Below are positions 56,550-59,822 of a stretch of DNA of 59,822 nucleotides, one piece after another. Under the pieces are notes generated by a model. The model ran no database searches. It was not told where the DNA came from and worked only from the letters and a program-made list of their open reading frames with translations. Within the stretch, counting starts at the first letter, position 1; each line of letters begins with the position of its first letter. The DNA comes from a virus (lineage: Duplodnaviria; Caudoviricetes). The DNA lies in IMG/VR virus record IMGVR_UViG_3300021959_000041, positions 1 to 59,822 of that record. One strand, written 5' to 3'. The translations under genes were made by a program, and so were the position numbers.

Positions 56550-57755
56550 TTAATTTGTTTTAAGAGCCATAAATAAATAATTTCCACCATTTGCATTATA
56601 ATCACCATTTGTATCTCCAATTTGAAACCCTGTGCTAGTGATTGTAAAATTTGAATTATTACCTGTTTCTTCTGCAATACTTTCATTCATTTCTAAAGAA
56701 TTAGCAAACCCTCTAACACTATCTATTATTTTCCAATCTTCTGTAGCATCAGTTCTTTTTATTAGAATCCAATCAGCTTGAAAACCTACAGTTACGATTG
56801 GTCCTGTGGTACTTCCATTTCCTGTATAGCTTCCAATTTTTGAGACGTTATCAGCATCTGCAAAACAATATGCAATATATTCATTGCCATTTCCATTTGA
56901 ATCACCACCTGTTGTAAGTGTAAAAACTGAACTTGTTGGCGCAGTATCTTGCCATACATTTGAAGTTCTGAAACCAGGGCTACCATTTGGCTCTAAATAT
57001 TTTGTCCAATCTAAAGCACCTCCTACCCAATCTGAAGCGCCAGATGTTTTTTTAATCATAATAAATTTTGGGTCTGTTCCCAACCCGTGTCCTACAGAGG
57101 CATTAGCGCCTGTTCCTGTGTATTTCACAATACTGAATCCAGCTTCTGGATATGCTTGTACCGTACTAGTTGTGCTTCCATCAGTGTTACTACTTGTAGT
57201 CCCTCCATTTGCTTTCCAACACCAAGCAACATATTGAGCAGCACTCCCAATACCATAATTCGTATTATCATACGCAGTGTTTGTTAAATAATTTCTGTTT
57301 ACCTGAAAACCATCTGCATCAAAAGAGCCCATTAAATCACCTGCATTTCCACTTTCAGCAGCACTTGTATCAGAAACTAAAAGTTTACCAGCGCCCCTCG
57401 TGCTATCCCACAATCCATTAGGGTTTGTACCACCTCGCTGTTTTATCCAAACTAAATCAGGCTGAAAACCTAGCCCTGTAATTGATTGTGAAGTTCCATT
57501 TCCGTTATAAATTATAGTCTTAAATGCAAGCGGAGGAGGTATAGCTACATTGTTTATTTTTTGCCAAGCCGTACCGTTATAATACTCTTCGCATGAAGCT
57601 GAACCATCCGATGATTCATTGGTATTGTTTCTTACCATACCAGCTACATCTGTAGCAGGTCTGTTTGCATTCGTACCTGTAGGAATCTTTAGTCCGCTCT
57701 CTGAAGTCGCTTCATTTAAATCTACTAGTTCCCCGCTTACTTTTGTTGTTGCCAT
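56550..57755 (-). CDS. tail fibre protein, one GFQPDLVWIK-type domain
   Basis: Clear paralogue of 53585..56545. Confidence 0.75.
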   Translation of the reverse strand: MATTKVSGELVDLNEATSESGLKIPTGTNANRPATDVAGMVRNNTNESSDGSASCEEYYNGTAWQKINNVAIPPPLAFKTIIYNGNGTSQSITGLGFQPDLVWIKQRGGTNPNGLWDSTRGAGKLLVSDTSAAESGNAGDLMGSFDADGFQVNRNYLTNTAYDNTNYGIGSAAQYVAWCWKANGGTTSSNTDGSTTSTVQAYPEAGFSIVKYTGTGANASVGHGLGTDPKFIMIKKTSGASDWVGGALDWTKYLEPNGSPGFRTSNVWQDTAPTSSVFTLTTGGDSNGNGNEYIAYCFADADNVSKIGSYTGNGSTTGPIVTVGFQADWILIKRTDATEDWKIIDSVRGFANSLEMNESIAEETGNNSNFTITSTGFQIGDTNGDYNANGGNYLFMALKTN

Positions 57756-57756
57756 A

Positions 57757-58734
57757 TTACTGTTCTATCCAAGTTAATGTTTCTTCATCCCAAAGATACG
57801 ATTTTCCATCATTTGGTTTATCTACAGGTGCAGCCCAATCGGAATATATAGATGTGCCGTCTTGAAAAACATCAGGGCTCACGTCTATATCTTTTATTAT
57901 CCAACCTAAATAAGGTTTTTTTCTTGTAAGCAAACTTGTTGTCCACTCTTGCGCTTCCTCATTCCAATAATTTTTACCTTCTACTTTTTCTACTGGAGCT
58001 GTCCATCCTGTCTCTGTACTCCACGACCAACTTGGGTAAGGAGCTTCTGAGTTATAAGGCTGAGAGTAATATTCATAATCTACCCACTCGCCAGTATCTT
58101 CTTTCCACCAGTTATTACCTTCTGTTTTTTCTACGGGGGCTTCCCATAAACAAGACTCTTCATTTAAAGTCCAAGACTCAAATGGCTGCGGCGCATAAAA
58201 CGCATCTCTTACAGGGTCGTAAATATATCCTACCCCTGCATAATTTTTTCTAAAAGGTGTGCCTCCGTTTTGGTGAACACCACCTTGTGTATTGTAAGAA
58301 GTTCTTTTGCATAGTCCGCCTTTTCCATAATACGCTTCCCAGTAAATCGTATTGTCTATTTCAGTTGAAGGAATTGGGCCTTTTTCTTCAATTTTTTGTT
58401 TTGCTTCAGCTTCTATTTCTGCAACTTCTTCTGGTGTTTTACCTACTCTTGTGTGGTATAAATCTATCATTTCTTGCTCAAACTCTTCATCCCTGCCAAC
58501 CTCATATTTTATTTCAGATACCCCAGTAATTACTCCAGTAACTACACAAAGACAATTGTCTATTTCTTCTTGCTTGCTATCTATCTCTGCTTGCTTAGCT
58601 TCCATCGCAGCTGTATCTTCTTCTGTAGGCTCTTCGATAGAAGTAAGCGTACCCATCTCACTCCATAATACTGAAAGCTCTTCTTTTAGAGTTTTTGTTG
58701 TGTGGTCGTTATTTAAAAATGCGTAATGTGCCAT
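57757..58734 (-). CDS. tail fibre-associated protein (MAHYAFL family) with W.APVEK repeats
   Basis: KRTSYN...FRKNYAG.GY.YD...APQPFESW; paralogue of 53181..53558. Confidence 0.65.
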   Translation of the reverse strand: MAHYAFLNNDHTTKTLKEELSVLWSEMGTLTSIEEPTEEDTAAMEAKQAEIDSKQEEIDNCLCVVTGVITGVSEIKYEVGRDEEFEQEMIDLYHTRVGKTPEEVAEIEAEAKQKIEEKGPIPSTEIDNTIYWEAYYGKGGLCKRTSYNTQGGVHQNGGTPFRKNYAGVGYIYDPVRDAFYAPQPFESWTLNEESCLWEAPVEKTEGNNWWKEDTGEWVDYEYYSQPYNSEAPYPSWSWSTETGWTAPVEKVEGKNYWNEEAQEWTTSLLTRKKPYLGWIIKDIDVSPDVFQDGTSIYSDWAAPVDKPNDGKSYLWDEETLTWIEQ

Positions 58735-58735
58735 A

Positions 58736-59773
58736 TTAACTAAAACTTATTGAATCTGTTCCTGCTGTGAAACTGGTTATTTTATCACTACCATCCGTAG
58801 TGGTTGAACTTGTTAATCCACTTCCTACTGATATAGTATAGGTGTTTGGATATCTAACGATTACTATTCCACTTGCACCATTTCCACCATTTTGTGAATT
58901 GGCAGCTCCTCCTCCACCAGAACCCGTATTTGTACTTGCATTTCCACCTGCACTTCCATTTCCACCATTTCCACCAATTCCTGAACCACCAGCTCCTGGC
59001 CCTCCAGCTTCACTTCCATATCTTCCTCCACCTCCACCTCCAGCGTAAGTAACAGATGCTCCTGTAATAGAAACAGCTAGACCTACACCACCGTTACCTA
59101 AAGTAGGGACAGTATAGTGACTGTTAGAACCAGCACCTCCAGCTCCTCCTCCACCTCCAGATGATGAACCGCTTAGACAATACCCTCCATCAAATCCTTG
59201 GTTAGCCGTACCAGCTCCACCCGCTCCAGGAGATGGTTGGTATGCTCCACCACCTGAACCCCCAGCTATTCCAGCTGGATTATTAGTTGTTCCTCCTCCC
59301 CCTCCAAGTGATGTTATAGTTGAAAAAACTGAATTACTACCACTTGGCCCTGATGTATCTCCACTTGTAGGGCCGCTAGCTCCCGCCCCAACTGTTACAG
59401 TGTAACTTGATGAAAGAGTAATTCCTACTTTACTTTCATTTGACGAACCACCACCAGATGTAGAACCAAAGGAAGTACGAAGGCCTCCAGCTCCTCCTCC
59501 ACCTCCACCAATTCCACCCGCTCTTCCTCCTGCTCCACCACCAGCTACTACTAAAAAGTCTACTTGAAAATCTACACTTGGTGTTGCTGCTCCTTCAGAG
59601 AATCTCTTCCAGTCTGCGTTGTCCTTGTATTCAAGTCTGCTGTCTGTTGTATTTAAACGTAAGTCTCCAGCAACTCCCGTTGGTCTTTGAGCCGAAGTTC
59701 CCTTTGCCCACACTAGACCTCCAGTGTTACCACTCATGTCAATTACGTTTGTAGTTACTTTGTTTGTTGCCAT
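58736..59773 (-). CDS. Gly-rich tail fibre protein
   Basis: FLVVAGGGAGG...GGGGAGGLRTS...GASGIVIVRY; KGTSAQRP N-terminal motif. Confidence 0.75.
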   Translation of the reverse strand: MATNKVTTNVIDMSGNTGGLVWAKGTSAQRPTGVAGDLRLNTTDSRLEYKDNADWKRFSEGAATPSVDFQVDFLVVAGGGAGGRAGGIGGGGGGAGGLRTSFGSTSGGGSSNESKVGITLSSSYTVTVGAGASGPTSGDTSGPSGSNSVFSTITSLGGGGGTTNNPAGIAGGSGGGAYQPSPGAGGAGTANQGFDGGYCLSGSSSGGGGGAGGAGSNSHYTVPTLGNGGVGLAVSITGASVTYAGGGGGGRYGSEAGGPGAGGSGIGGNGGNGSAGGNASTNTGSGGGGAANSQNGGNGASGIVIVRYPNTYTISVGSGLTSSTTTDGSDKITSFTAGTDSISFS

Positions 59774-59783
59774 GAGCTAAACG

Positions 59784-59822
59784 TTATTGTGTTATTACTA
59801 CTTCTATTCCATTTGCTGCGGT
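59784..59822 (-). CDS. C-terminal fragment of an upstream structural gene (...TAANGIEVVITQ)
   Basis: Open frame from window edge to TAA 10 nt before the next start. Confidence 0.45.
   Translation of the reverse strand, partial: TAANGIEVVITQ

Noticed and set aside
20101-59048. Many 60-150 aa plus-strand ORFs opposite the structural genes (also those opposite groEL and the replication genes)
   Set aside because: Antisense shadows of long genes, with no leaders and mirror-image composition
53585-59773. Diversity-generating retroelement acting on fibre paralogues
   Set aside because: No reverse transcriptase seen, and paralogues differ at all bases rather than only at adenines
1-59822. Stop-codon reassignment as in some crAss-like phages
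   Set aside because: Genes are long and tightly packed under the standard code, and TAA, TAG and TGA all end genes

Overview
This window is most of the genome of a tailed dsDNA phage, probably a lytic podovirus. Its host is likely a Bacteroidota/Flavobacteriia species, inferred from many TAnnTTTG host promoters and AT-rich leaders without Shine-Dalgarno sequences. Layout: 1-4.0 kb, mostly minus strand, small basic proteins plus groEL/groES and an iteron-like repeat cluster. 4.4-8.1 kb, plus strand, early anti-defence genes (ArdC, ADP-ribosyltransferase-like, Zn-finger peptides). 8.2-17.7 kb, plus strand, recombination and replication genes (Sak-like SSAP, exonuclease, SSB-like, primase-helicase, SF2 helicase, two DnaA domain IV-like proteins). 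17.7-59.8 kb, minus strand, virion and lysis genes with a crAss-like head module. Two candidate novel systems stand out. (1) A cassette of prolyl 4-hydroxylase, radical SAM/SPASM enzyme and Gnt1/GT60-like GlcNAc transferase sits among three tail proteins with (Ser/Thr-Pro)n linkers and Cys-rich modules, suggesting phage-encoded hydroxyproline glycosylation of the virion. (2) Early genes end in structured RNAs: one pistol ribozyme and three covarying miniature tRNA-elbow-like elements, each overlapping a stop codon. All protein calls come from motif recognition by eye; no searches were run.
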